A stretch of 64,000 nt of DNA. Origin: Flavobacteriales bacterium (GTDB lineage: Bacteria; Bacteroidota; Bacteroidia; Flavobacteriales_F; PHOS-HE28). Under the pieces are notes generated by a model that ran no database searches, was not told the origin of the DNA, and saw only the letters and a list, made by a program, of their open reading frames with translations. A program made the position numbers and the translations under genes. This document shows positions 51,502-60,949 of the stretch, piece by piece (within the stretch, counting starts at the first letter, position 1; every line of letters starts with the position of its first letter). Where the stretch lies: positions 198,353-262,352 of the forward strand of contig JADIYA010000006.1 in the NCBI GenBank assembly GCA_016705545.1, written 5' to 3'.

Positions 51502-51783
51502 ATGCCCTCCTGGATCAATGAGTCGTCAGGCTCTTTCACGCTCACCTTGCACGTGCAACCCGGTGCCAAACGCACCGAAGTAGCAGGTACGCACGGCGAT
51601 GCACTCAAGATCCGGCTCGCCGCACCACCGGTTGATGGCAAGGCGAACGAGGCCCTCCTCTCCTACCTGGCCGCGCAGTTCGGTGTTTCAAGACGGCAAG
51701 TTGATTTGGTGAGCGGGCACGCCAGCAGACGGAAGATCGTGCGGGTGATGGGCGCCAAGCTCCGACCAGAAAAGGAGTGGTGA
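51502..51783 (+). CDS. DUF167 (YggU-like) protein
   Basis: A 93-aa product: LTLHVQPGAKRTEVAGTHGDALKIRLAAPPVDGKANEALLSYLA... Confidence 0.6.
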   Translation: MPSWINESSGSFTLTLHVQPGAKRTEVAGTHGDALKIRLAAPPVDGKANEALLSYLAAQFGVSRRQVDLVSGHASRRKIVRVMGAKLRPEKEW

Positions 51784-51786
51784 ACC

Positions 51787-52497
51787 TCAAGGCTCTTTCA
51801 GCACAGCCTGCAATCCGCTCAGGTCAACGATGCGCAATTCTGGCCCTACGGTCTTCAGGAGCTTCTTGCGCTGCAAGGCACTGAGGGCCCTGATAGTGGC
51901 CTCGTTACTGGCACCGGCATAATCCGCGAGGTCCTGGCGCGACGGTGTGAATGCCAACAAGTCGCCCTCATCCTTATCGAAACCGAAACATCGATGCGCA
52001 GCAAGAATAGCCTTCGCCACACGCCGTTCCACGCCAAGATTCAGCAGGCTCTTGCTTTGTTCCTCTGAGCGCCTCAATTCCTCGGCGAAGAAGAGCATGA
52101 AGTAAAATGCGAACGACGCATTCGCCTTCAGCGTGCTCAGGAAGACCGGCATTGGGATGCAATCCACCTCGGTATGAACCAGAGCTTCCGCCGAGACCGT
52201 GTAGGTGAAATCACCGCCGATGCCCCGATGGCCGAGCACCTGTCCATCGCGTGCGAATCGCAGGATGCGGGATGCACCAGGCTCGAATGTGCTGAACACC
52301 TTGGCCTTTCCGCGACGCACGATGAAGAGCGAGTCAGCGGAGTCGCCTTCACGGAAGATCAATTCGCCGGCTTCAAACGCATGCAGCGTCATCTTTTCCG
52401 CGACCAGGGCTTGCCACTCCGGGCTGCAATGCCGGCGCAGCATCTCCGCAAGCGTTTCTGGGACCCTGAAGGGCTCAATGGTCGAGACCTCTTTCAT
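51787..52497 (-). CDS. Crp/Fnr family transcriptional regulator
   Basis: cNMP-binding-like domain (FEAGELIFREGDSADSLFIVRRGKAKV) plus a C-terminal HTH (SRQDLADYAGASNEATIRALSAL). Confidence 0.7.
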   Translation of the reverse strand: MKEVSTIEPFRVPETLAEMLRRHCSPEWQALVAEKMTLHAFEAGELIFREGDSADSLFIVRRGKAKVFSTFEPGASRILRFARDGQVLGHRGIGGDFTYTVSAEALVHTEVDCIPMPVFLSTLKANASFAFYFMLFFAEELRRSEEQSKSLLNLGVERRVAKAILAAHRCFGFDKDEGDLLAFTPSRQDLADYAGASNEATIRALSALQRKKLLKTVGPELRIVDLSGLQAVLKEP

Positions 52498-52934
52498 CCC
52501 TTGATGTTGAACGAGCCTGCTTCAGCACCCAGTCGTTCCACGAGCTCACCGATCGTGGTATTCGAGAGCATCTCGCGCAGCCCGGCTCGTACCGCACTGA
52601 ACTGGTCGTGGACCGGGCATGGTTTTCTGCCGCTGCATTGCGGCAGGCCAAGGGCGCAACGCGTGAATACGCTATCGCCATCCATGCATCGCACGATCGC
52701 TTCCAGGGTGAGGCTCCGTGCGCGCGATCCGGTGAGCGTGAATCCGCCGCCGGGGCCGCGCATCGAGGCGATCAGGCCACCATGAACCATCTGCTGCAGC
52801 ACCTTGCCTGTGAAAGCCTCCGGCGCACCAATGCACTTGGCGACATCTTTTACCGTTGCGCGTTCATCGCGAGCAGTGGCGCGCGCGATGTGCAAAGCTC
52901 CACGTATGGCGTACTCACAGGCTTTCGAGAACAT
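52494..52934 (-). CDS. Rrf2 family regulator with a 3-Cys cluster-binding site (NsrR/IscR-like)
   Basis: MFSKACEYAIRGALHIA...VKDVAKCIGAPEAFTGKVLQQMV (Rrf2 HTH), then C..x7..C..x5..C (RCALGLPQCSGRKPCP). Confidence 0.65.
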   Translation of the reverse strand: MFSKACEYAIRGALHIARATARDERATVKDVAKCIGAPEAFTGKVLQQMVHGGLIASMRGPGGGFTLTGSRARSLTLEAIVRCMDGDSVFTRCALGLPQCSGRKPCPVHDQFSAVRAGLREMLSNTTIGELVERLGAEAGSFNIKG

Positions 52935-52963
52935 GATCGTTGTGCGCGAATGTACCGATGCGA

Positions 52964-54232
52964 TCAATCGGGCTCCGTGTGCTTCGTCATGTTAAGCGCT
53001 CGCCTATGCAGAAGCAGCAAGGCCACGCCGGTTGGCATCATGGCCGAGGCGATGAAGAGGTGCCAATAGTGGCCGGGAATCATGCCCCAACCTGCGTAGA
53101 AGAAGGTGCCCTGGGTAAAGAGCAGCAGTTCTGTGGTGATGATCCCGGCCATCAACAAGCCCATGCCTGTGCGAGCTGCCGGATTCGATGGTGCGCACCA
53201 GCCATAGGTGACGGCATAAGCGAGCAGCAAGGTGGTCATGGTGCCTAAAGTGTTCATGTGGATGAATCCCATGACCAAGTGGCGCACGGTGAGCGACATG
53301 ACCGCGACGGCGGGAACAGCTACGGCGGCCTGCACCAGCACCTTCAAGGCCATGCTCACCAATGCAATGCCGATGAGCACGCGCGCCCATGGCGTGAAGC
53401 GCGCATAGGCTTGGTCCCGAAAGCGCTGGAGCAGGCGTAGCGTGCGGATGGCCGCCCACGCTTGCATGGCCACCGCAACGGATACCGTCGCGAACACGGC
53501 GGGATGCGGTTCGCTCCAAGCGATGGCCAGCGCGTAGGTGAGTATTGCAGCGAGCACCCACAGCGCGACCGTGAACCGGTCGATGCGCAATTGGAAGCCA
53601 TTGCGCTCAGCCCACCGCGCTCCAATGGCCATGGCTGCGAACCAGAACCACCCATTAAACTGGAAATGCAGGAAGAACTGCACGGCCCAGTAATAGATCT
53701 CCTTACCCTGATTGCCGGTGGCGATGATCGCCGGCAAGGCCCAAGTGCCCAAAGTGCTGATTACAAAGAAGGCCAGGGACCAGCGCGTCAAACGCCCGCT
53801 GCCTTCCGCCGGCCAGTTGCGCGAAACGCGCCAGAGCATGTAGAGCAACGGGTAGGCCAGGAGCAAATGCGCTGATGAGGCCGCTATGGAGACCGCGCCG
53901 TATCCCTGTATGGGAAAGGAGACAAGCATGACGATGACAGTGACTTGGAGCCCGACCAGTAGCCAACGCAAGCGCTTGGTCAGTGCCCCGGTACCGCCAT
54001 CGTGCAGCAGGCATAGCGCCACGCCGATGAAAAGCCAGCCGAGAAGGGCCACGTGCGAATGGGCGTGCAGGAATGGGCGGAATCGAACGAACGGGATCTC
54101 CCAGATGTACATCGCCCGGAGCAATGCTCCGATCGTGGCTGCAAAGAGCAGGTTGATCAAGGCGATACGGAACCAGTGGCGCATGTGGCAGGAATCGCAG
54201 CGAACGGAATGAATCAACCGTTCGGATGACAA
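52964..54232 (-). CDS. Polytopic membrane protein, NnrS-like (NO-response heme-copper membrane protein family). Tentative.
   Basis: About 12 TM helices with conserved His-containing segments (FLHAHSHVALLGWLF, FIHMNTLGTMTT, GHYWHLF). Its position next to the Rrf2 and Crp/Fnr regulators upstream of nosZ fits NnrS. The family call is from memory and is not verified. Confidence 0.4.
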   Translation of the reverse strand: MSSERLIHSVRCDSCHMRHWFRIALINLLFAATIGALLRAMYIWEIPFVRFRPFLHAHSHVALLGWLFIGVALCLLHDGGTGALTKRLRWLLVGLQVTVIVMLVSFPIQGYGAVSIAASSAHLLLAYPLLYMLWRVSRNWPAEGSGRLTRWSLAFFVISTLGTWALPAIIATGNQGKEIYYWAVQFFLHFQFNGWFWFAAMAIGARWAERNGFQLRIDRFTVALWVLAAILTYALAIAWSEPHPAVFATVSVAVAMQAWAAIRTLRLLQRFRDQAYARFTPWARVLIGIALVSMALKVLVQAAVAVPAVAVMSLTVRHLVMGFIHMNTLGTMTTLLLAYAVTYGWCAPSNPAARTGMGLLMAGIITTELLLFTQGTFFYAGWGMIPGHYWHLFIASAMMPTGVALLLLHRRALNMTKHTEPD

Positions 54233-54298
54233 ACGTCATATATCGGATTGACTGGTCCGATGATTTTTGTCACGCGCAACAGACAAGAGCGCCTACCC

Positions 54299-54765
54299 AT
54301 GAGACTGCTGAAGACCTCCCTCGCGAAAGTGACCCTTTTTGCCGGCTTTGCTGCAATAACTGCTTGCGGTGGCGGCACCGCATCGACACCTCCTGGCGCG
54401 GGTGGCCTCCAGGTGCTGCAGCCGCTTCTGAGGAAGCTGCCCCAGCCGGATTGATCACTGCAGCCGAGATCACCCTAGGCGAAATTGATCAAGCCATGGT
54501 GGAGAAGGGAAAAGCCACCTACGATGTGAAGTGCCAAGCCTGCCACAGCACTGGCCCGAACCGCGTGGTGGGGCCCGGCTGGAAAGGCGTGACCGAGCGT
54601 CGTAAGCCGGAATGGATCATGAACATGATGCTCAACATCGATGTGATGCTCGAGACCGATCCCGAAGCCCAAAAGGGACTTGAAGAGTGCCTCGTACGCA
54701 TGCCCAACCAAGGCCTGAGCAAGGACCAGGGCCGCGAGGTGCTTGAGTTCATGCGGACTCTCTGA
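54299..54765 (+). CDS. Monoheme c-type cytochrome lipoprotein (cy-c of the clade II nos cluster) with an apparent -1 frameshift at ~54395-54412
   Basis: The lipoprotein signal MRLLKTSLAKVTLFAGFAAITACGGG lies in ORF 54248-54454. The heme domain ...KATYDVKCQACHSTGP... (CxxCH) lies in ORF 54226-54765. The two frames meet at a G-rich stretch (gcgggtggcctcc). Confidence 0.6.
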
Positions 54766-54805
54766 AGCCTCCCCCCGCCCACCAACAAACCACAACCAAT
54801 CAATC

Positions 54806-56803
54806 ATGAAACGACCGCTTCTTCTAACCGGCACCGCTTCAGGCGTCATCGCCTGCGCCTTCGTGCTGTTGAACAGCCTGCCCGGCTGCCGCCCATCGGG
54901 CACCACCAAGAGCGTGGTTACCGGTGATGCCGCTTCGAAAGTGTACGTGAAGCCCGGAACGCACGATGAGTTCTACAATCTGGTGAGCGGCGGATTCAGC
55001 GGCCAGCTCGCGGTCTATGGATTGCCCAGTGGGCGCCTGCTGCGCGAGGTCCCCGTATTCAGCGTGGATCCCGAGACCGGATATGGCTACAGCGAAGAGA
55101 CCAAGGGCATGCTCACCACCAGCCATGGGTTCATTCCTTGGGACGACAGCCACCACCCGGAGCTGTCGCAAACCGATGGCATCCCGGATGGCAAGTGGTG
55201 CTTCATCAACGGAAATAACACGCCTCGAATCGCACTGATCGACCTCGGCACCTTCCGTACAAACAGCATCATCGAGATCCCCAACAGTGCGGGTAACCAC
55301 AGTTCCCCTTTCACTACGGGCAACAGCGAGTACGTGGTGGCCGGCACCCGATTCAGCGTGCCCATGGGCGATGACGCTTCGCGCGATGTGCCCATCAAGA
55401 CCTACAAGGAGAACTTCAAGGGCAACGTGAGCTTCATCCATCCGGAACCGGAGACGGGCAAGATGTCCATCGCCTTCCAGGTGATCACACCGGGGATGAA
55501 CTTCGACCTGTCGCACACCGGCAAGGGCGTGAGCGAGGGCTGGTTCTTCTTCAGCTGCTACAACACGGAGCAGGCGTACAGCCTGTTGGAGGTGAATGCC
55601 AGCCAGCGCGACAAGGACTTCATCATGGCCGTGAATTGGAAGCTGGCCGAACAACTCGCCAAGGACGGCAAGGGCAAGCGCGTACCCGGCAAGCACCACA
55701 GCAACTGGTGGAACGAGAAGACCCATAGTTCGGAAACGACCGTGTATGAGGACGTGCTGCAACTTGATCCCAAGGATCATCCCGGACTGGTCTATTTCAT
55801 GCCCTGTCCGAAGAGCCCGCACGGCTGCGATGTGGACCCCACCGGCAAGTACATCGTGGGAAGCGGCAAACTGGCCGCGCTGATCCCGGTGTTCAGTTTC
55901 GAGAAGATCCAGAAGGCCATTGCGGGCAACGAGGTCGAAGGCGACTTCGCCGGCATCCCGGTACTGAAGTATGAAAGCGTGCTGCATGGCGAGGTGAAGA
56001 AACCTGGACTCGGGCCCCTGCACACTGAGTTCGATGCCAACGGCAACGCCTACACCAGTTTCTTCGTGAGCAGCGAGATCGTGAAGTGGAACGTGGAGAA
56101 GCTGGAGGTGGTGGACCGCGTGCCCACTTATTACAGCATCGGCCATCTGTGCGTGCCTGGAGGCGACAGCAAGAAGCCTTGGGGCAAGTACGTGATCGCC
56201 TACAACAAGATCACCAAGGACCGCTACCTCCCCACCGGCCCTGAGCTCACGCAGAGCGCGCAGCTCTACAGCATCGATGGGGATAAAATGGAGCTGCTGC
56301 TTGATTTCCCCACCACCGGTGAGCCGCACTATGCCCAGGCCATCCCTGCCGAATTGGTGAAGCCGCGTGAAGTGAAGTTCTTCAAGATTGAGGAGAACGA
56401 GCATCCCTTCGCTGCCAAGGGTGAGAAGGACACCAAGATCGAACGCCGTGGAAAAGAGGTGCATGTTTGGATGACCACCATCCGTTCGCACTTCGCGCCT
56501 GACAACATCGAGGGTGTCAAGCTGGGCGATGAGGTGTACTTCCACATCACCAACTTGGAGCAGGACTGGGACGTACCGCACGGCTTCGCCATAAAGGGGG
56601 CTGCCAACGCTGAGCTCCTGTTGATGCCCGGCGAGACACAGACCCTGAAATGGGTGCCCACACGAGTTGGAGTGACACCGATGTACTGCACGGACTTCTG
56701 CTCCGCGCTGCATCAAGAGATGCAGGGCTACGTGCGCGTTTCACCTGCCAATAGCAATGTGCCCTTGACCGCTCTCACGGTTTCCGTGGACGCAGAACTC
56801 TAG
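54806..56803 (+). CDS. nosZ: Nitrous-oxide reductase NosZ, clade II (Sec-type signal)
   Basis: Internal ATG at 54806 (MKRPLLLTGTASGVIACAFVLL). Seven-bladed propeller motifs (DSHHPELSQTDG, GNNTPRIALID) and the C-terminal CuA site CTDFCSALHQEMQGY. Confidence 0.9.
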   Translation: MKRPLLLTGTASGVIACAFVLLNSLPGCRPSGTTKSVVTGDAASKVYVKPGTHDEFYNLVSGGFSGQLAVYGLPSGRLLREVPVFSVDPETGYGYSEETKGMLTTSHGFIPWDDSHHPELSQTDGIPDGKWCFINGNNTPRIALIDLGTFRTNSIIEIPNSAGNHSSPFTTGNSEYVVAGTRFSVPMGDDASRDVPIKTYKENFKGNVSFIHPEPETGKMSIAFQVITPGMNFDLSHTGKGVSEGWFFFSCYNTEQAYSLLEVNASQRDKDFIMAVNWKLAEQLAKDGKGKRVPGKHHSNWWNEKTHSSETTVYEDVLQLDPKDHPGLVYFMPCPKSPHGCDVDPTGKYIVGSGKLAALIPVFSFEKIQKAIAGNEVEGDFAGIPVLKYESVLHGEVKKPGLGPLHTEFDANGNAYTSFFVSSEIVKWNVEKLEVVDRVPTYYSIGHLCVPGGDSKKPWGKYVIAYNKITKDRYLPTGPELTQSAQLYSIDGDKMELLLDFPTTGEPHYAQAIPAELVKPREVKFFKIEENEHPFAAKGEKDTKIERRGKEVHVWMTTIRSHFAPDNIEGVKLGDEVYFHITNLEQDWDVPHGFAIKGAANAELLLMPGETQTLKWVPTRVGVTPMYCTDFCSALHQEMQGYVRVSPANSNVPLTALTVSVDAEL

Positions 56804-56829
56804 GACCGACTCACATCACCCGACAGTGA

Positions 56830-56859
56830 CCACGGCCCCGGTTCATGCCGGGGCCGTGG
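56830..56859 (+). other. Very stable 12-bp GC stem-loop between nosZ and nosB (intra-operon attenuator or mRNA-stabilising hairpin)
   Basis: CCACGGCCCCGG-ttcatg-CCGGGGCCGTGG starts 27 nt after the nosZ stop. There is no downstream T-run. Confidence 0.5.
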
Positions 56860-56893
56860 CCCTGAAAGGACAGATCTCATCGACAAGAACACC

Positions 56894-57463
56894 ATGAAGC
56901 CCATCTCCCGCATCATGATCGCCGTGGCGGCGCTGAGCCTCCTCGTGCTGCTCTTCGTGCCCATCTGGCGAATCGACCTCCAAGCCCCCCAATATCCGGA
57001 GGGGCTCTACCTGCAGATCTTCGCCGATCGCTTCGCAGGCGATGTGGAGAAGATCAACGGCCTTAACCACTACATCGGGATGGGGCATATCCACGATGAT
57101 ATGTTCCCTGAGTTCGCGGTGCTCCCCAAATTGCTGATGGCGCTGGCTGCTCTTGGCGTCCTGGCCGCGCTCTGGGGCAAGCGGTGGGCCCTGTTCATGG
57201 GCCTGGTCACGCTTTCGCTCTTCGGCTTGTGGGCGCTTTGGGACATGTACCGCTGGGGCTACGAGTACGGTCACAACCTCGATCCACGAGCCGCTATCAA
57301 GGTGGAGGACATGACCTATCAGCCGCCGCTCATCGGCCACAAGCAATTGCTGAACTTCGATGCTTGGTCAACCCCCGATATCGGTGGCTGGGTGCTCTTC
57401 GGTGTGATGGCGCTGCTGATCGGCGTGTATATCATGGAGATCCGTTTCAACCCTCACAAGTGA
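56894..57463 (+). CDS. nosB: NosB-like membrane protein (the transmembrane protein found directly downstream of clade II nosZ)
   Basis: A 189-aa product with 4 TM helices. Its stop overlaps the nosL start (TGATG at 57461-57465). Confidence 0.55.
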   Translation: MKPISRIMIAVAALSLLVLLFVPIWRIDLQAPQYPEGLYLQIFADRFAGDVEKINGLNHYIGMGHIHDDMFPEFAVLPKLLMALAALGVLAALWGKRWALFMGLVTLSLFGLWALWDMYRWGYEYGHNLDPRAAIKVEDMTYQPPLIGHKQLLNFDAWSTPDIGGWVLFGVMALLIGVYIMEIRFNPHK

Positions 57464-57906
57464 TGAAGGCCCGCAACATCCTGTTCGCCCTGCTGCTCAT
57501 GCCCGCGCTCTGGTCGTGCGGCCAGCGGACGCCCACGATCGATTTCGGCAAGGCTGAATGCGCGCATTGCCGCATGAATGTGGTGGACCGTCAATTCGGT
57601 GCCGCATTGGTGACAGAGAAAGGCCGGCAGTACGTATTCGATGATGTTTCCTGCATGGTGCATTTCGTGGAGAAGGGCTCCGTTGCAGAGGACCAGGTGA
57701 AGGCCTGGTACATCTGTGATCATGCCGAACCCGGCAACTTGATCGATGCCACCACTGCGCACTATCTCCATGGCCCTGCATTCCGCAGTCCGATGCGCGG
57801 AGACGTGGCGGCCTTCTCGGATGAAGCCGCTCGGTCCGCTGCAGCATCCAAAGAGGGATCAACCACCATGGATTGGTCGAAGGTGCGCCAACAATTGTCT
57901 GAGTAA
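57463..57906 (+). CDS. nosL: Copper chaperone lipoprotein NosL
   Basis: MKARNILFALLLMPALWSCG (lipobox), then CAHCRMNVVDRQFGAALVTEKGRQYVFDDVSCMV (NosL family). Confidence 0.75.
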   Translation: MKARNILFALLLMPALWSCGQRTPTIDFGKAECAHCRMNVVDRQFGAALVTEKGRQYVFDDVSCMVHFVEKGSVAEDQVKAWYICDHAEPGNLIDATTAHYLHGPAFRSPMRGDVAAFSDEAARSAAASKEGSTTMDWSKVRQQLSE

Positions 57907-57914
57907 TCCAACCG

Positions 57915-59287
57915 ATGCGGATAGGGATGATCACGCTACTGGCCTGCATGGTGCACGGGCCTTTGGCAGCGCATAGCTGGGCTTATCGGTCTGGATCGTC
58001 AGGCACGCTGCAGCAAATGATCGGGAAAGCCGCGGCAGGAGATACCATCAGGGTCGAAGGCACCGTGCGTGAGGGCTCCATCCACGTGGACCGTCCACTC
58101 GTGCTGATCGGTGGCGCCAATGCGGTGATCGACGGCACTGGGAAGGGCGACGCTCTGCGTATCACAGCGGACAACGTCACGGTGCGGGCCTCACCATCAG
58201 CGGGTCGCGCCGCAGCAACCTCGACGACCTGGCAGGCATCAAAGTGAATGAGTGCCGCGGCGTGGTGATCGCAGACAACTTTATTGACCAGTGCTTCTTC
58301 GCCATCTACCTCAGCGGGGTGAAAGATGCCCTGATCGAAGGCAACACCGTGCTGGGCGAACCGGGCGACGAGGACCATATGGCCAATGGCATCCACTTAT
58401 GGAAATGCAGCAACGCCACCATCCGCAGCAATCGGATCGAATACCACCGGGACGGCATCTACTTCGAGTTCGTCACCGACTCGCGCATCACCGGCAACAC
58501 CTCCTTGCACAATCTGCGCTACGGCCTGCACTTCATGTTCAGTCACCGAGACGCGTACGAGGACAACCGATTCGAGGATAACGGTGCCGGCGTGGCGGTG
58601 ATGTTCAGCAAGGAGATCGCCATGCGCCGCAACCGCTTCCTGACCAACCGGGGCGCGAGCGCTTACGGCTTACTGCTGAAGGAGATCAACGATGGCGAGA
58701 TCATCGGCAATGCTTTCCTGGACAATACCACAGGGATCATGATCGATGGCTGCAATCGGATCAATGTGCGCGGCAACGAGTTCCGGCTGAACGGATGGGC
58801 GCTTCGGCTCTTCGCCAATGCCATCGACTGCGACTTCCAAGGGAACACCTTCACAGGCAATACCTTCGACGTGAGCACCAATGGATCGCTGGTCCCCAAT
58901 ACCATGAACGGGAACTTTTGGGATCGATACTCGGGCTATGATCTGGACCGTGATGGCTTTGGCGATGTGCCGCACCGACCGCTGGGGTTCTTCACCCTGC
59001 TGGTCGAGAAACAGCCCTACGCCATGGTCTTCTCGCGCAGCCTCTTTGTCTCGTTGCTCGACCGCGCCGAGCGCCTGATCCCGTCGCTGACGCCTGAGAG
59101 CATGAAGGACGATAAGCCGATGATGCGCCCGCCAGTGCTGTTGGGCAAAATCGATGATCGAGTTGAAGGGCATGCTGCGGAGCCTGCAGCAGTCCCTGCT
59201 TCCGAAGGCGCATCCGGAGAGGTCCTGTTGATCTGCGCCTTTGCGGCGGTCCTCGTTTCAAGGCGGCTAATCGTGCCCCATGCCTGA
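57915..59287 (+). CDS. nosD: NosD (periplasmic right-handed beta-helix copper-insertion protein) with an apparent -1 frameshift at ~58187-58190
   Basis: ORF 57915-58247 (GDTIRVEGTVREGSIHVDRPLVLIG...ALRITADNVTVR) and ORF 58244-59287 (parallel beta-helix repeats NTVLG.., IRSNRIEYHRDGIYFEF, ITGNT...) meet at the G-run cgggcc. Adding one G restores ...VRGLTISGSRRSNLDDLAGIKVNECRGVVIADN. Confidence 0.75.
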
Positions 59288-60014
59288 CGCGCGCATCACC
59301 TTCGAGGGAGTCGGAAAGCGCTACGGCAAGCTCTGGGCCTTGCGCAACGTGGAGTGCGCATTCCATCCCGGAGAGGTCGTCATGCTCATCGGCCCCAATG
59401 CCAGCGGTAAGACCACGTTGATCAAGTGCCTGCTTGGATTGGTGAGGCCCACTGAGGGTCGCATCACGGTGAACGGTGAAGCCATCGGCAGCGACCCGGC
59501 CTACCGCACGGCCATCGGCTACATGCCACAGATCTCACAGTATCCAGCTACGCTCACCATCGGCCAATTGCTCGAGATGATGGCCGACGTCCGCGGGATG
59601 AGCAACAACGAACCCGACGACAGACTCGTGGAAGGACTTGGATTGTCCGCTCAGTTGAATAAGCGCCTTTCGAGCTTGAGCGGAGGGACCAAGCAGAAGG
59701 TGAGCGCCGTTCTCGCCTTGCGTTCGCGTCCGAGCATCCTGGTGATGGACGAGCCGACAGCGGGCCTCGATCCGCTATCGTCCAAGCGGGTTCTGGAACG
59801 CGCTGCCGCCGTGCGTGATGCAGGAGGAACAGTGCTTATCACCTCGCACCTGATGGAGGAAGTGGAAGCACTTGCCGATCGGGTGGCCTACTTGGAGGAG
59901 GGCAGCTTGAGGTTCCTTTTGCCGGTTCAGGAGATCCTTGTACGCGCGGGTACGAAGCGCTTGTCGGAGGCTTTGCCGAGGATGTTGGAATCCAGAGCAC
60001 TATGCAATGCCTGA
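59280..60014 (+). CDS. nosF: NosF, ABC transporter ATP-binding protein
   Basis: Walker A GPNASGKTT, ABC signature LSGGTKQKV and Walker B ILVMDEP. Confidence 0.8.
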   Translation: MPDARITFEGVGKRYGKLWALRNVECAFHPGEVVMLIGPNASGKTTLIKCLLGLVRPTEGRITVNGEAIGSDPAYRTAIGYMPQISQYPATLTIGQLLEMMADVRGMSNNEPDDRLVEGLGLSAQLNKRLSSLSGGTKQKVSAVLALRSRPSILVMDEPTAGLDPLSSKRVLERAAAVRDAGGTVLITSHLMEEVEALADRVAYLEEGSLRFLLPVQEILVRAGTKRLSEALPRMLESRALCNA

Positions 60015-60089
60015 TGAAGTCTGGCAGTTGTTGGAGACTTCGCGCAAGGTGGATGACTGCCGATCTTGAACGAACATAGGGCACTTCGA

Positions 60090-60857
60090 ATGCTGAAAGT
60101 CTTCAAATACACGCTCATCGATCTGGCGCGCAACCGCTTCGTCTTGGGATATGCGGTGCTGATGCTGCTGGTCGCACAAGGCCTATTCTCATTGGAAGGC
60201 GACCCGACGAAGGCTTTGCTCAGCCTGGTGCAAGTGGTCATGGCGCTGGTACCGTCGATCGCATTGGTATTCACCGTGGTCTATTTCTACGACATCCAGG
60301 AATTCACGCAACTGCTGGCCGTGCAGCCCATGCGTCGCGGCGCCATCCTCGGCGGACAGGTCTTGGCATTGGCAGTCGCGCTGCTGCTTGCCCAGGCCAT
60401 TGGTCTCGGCTTGCCTCTGCTGGTCCACTCCCCTACCCTCGCTGCACTTGTGCTATCGCTCAGTGGCTCTGGCCTGGTGCTGGTCTTCATCTCCCTTGGC
60501 GCCTTGATCGCGCTGAAGCAACGGGAGAAGGCTCGAGGTGTCGGCGTGGCGCTGGCCATTTGGTTCCTCCTCGTTCTGGTGTACGATGCTTTGTTGATGT
60601 GGGGCATGTTCACGCTCAGTGACTATCCCATAGAGCCCTTCGTAGTGCCTTTTGCCGGTGTCAATCCCATCGACCTCGCGCGCATCATGGTAATGCTGCA
60701 GGTGGACCTGGCCGCCATGATGGGCTACAGCGGCGCCATCTACAAGAACTTCTTCGGCACTCAGATGGGCATGGCCGTGGCAGGGCTGATCATGATGGTC
60801 TGGGTGCTCGTGCCAGGCTGGTCAGCCATGCGCGCCTTCAATCGGAAAGACCTCTGA
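60090..60857 (+). CDS. nosY: NosY, ABC-2 type permease
   Basis: Six TM helices, positioned directly after nosF. The alternative start is 60066. Confidence 0.7.
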   Translation: MLKVFKYTLIDLARNRFVLGYAVLMLLVAQGLFSLEGDPTKALLSLVQVVMALVPSIALVFTVVYFYDIQEFTQLLAVQPMRRGAILGGQVLALAVALLLAQAIGLGLPLLVHSPTLAALVLSLSGSGLVLVFISLGALIALKQREKARGVGVALAIWFLLVLVYDALLMWGMFTLSDYPIEPFVVPFAGVNPIDLARIMVMLQVDLAAMMGYSGAIYKNFFGTQMGMAVAGLIMMVWVLVPGWSAMRAFNRKDL

Positions 60858-60949
60858 ACGGGCCGATGTCAGTTCATTGGATGATGTTGGTCATATTACG
60901 GATTAAGTTGTCCTCGTTCTTTCGATGCGGCCAAACCAACCAACCATCC

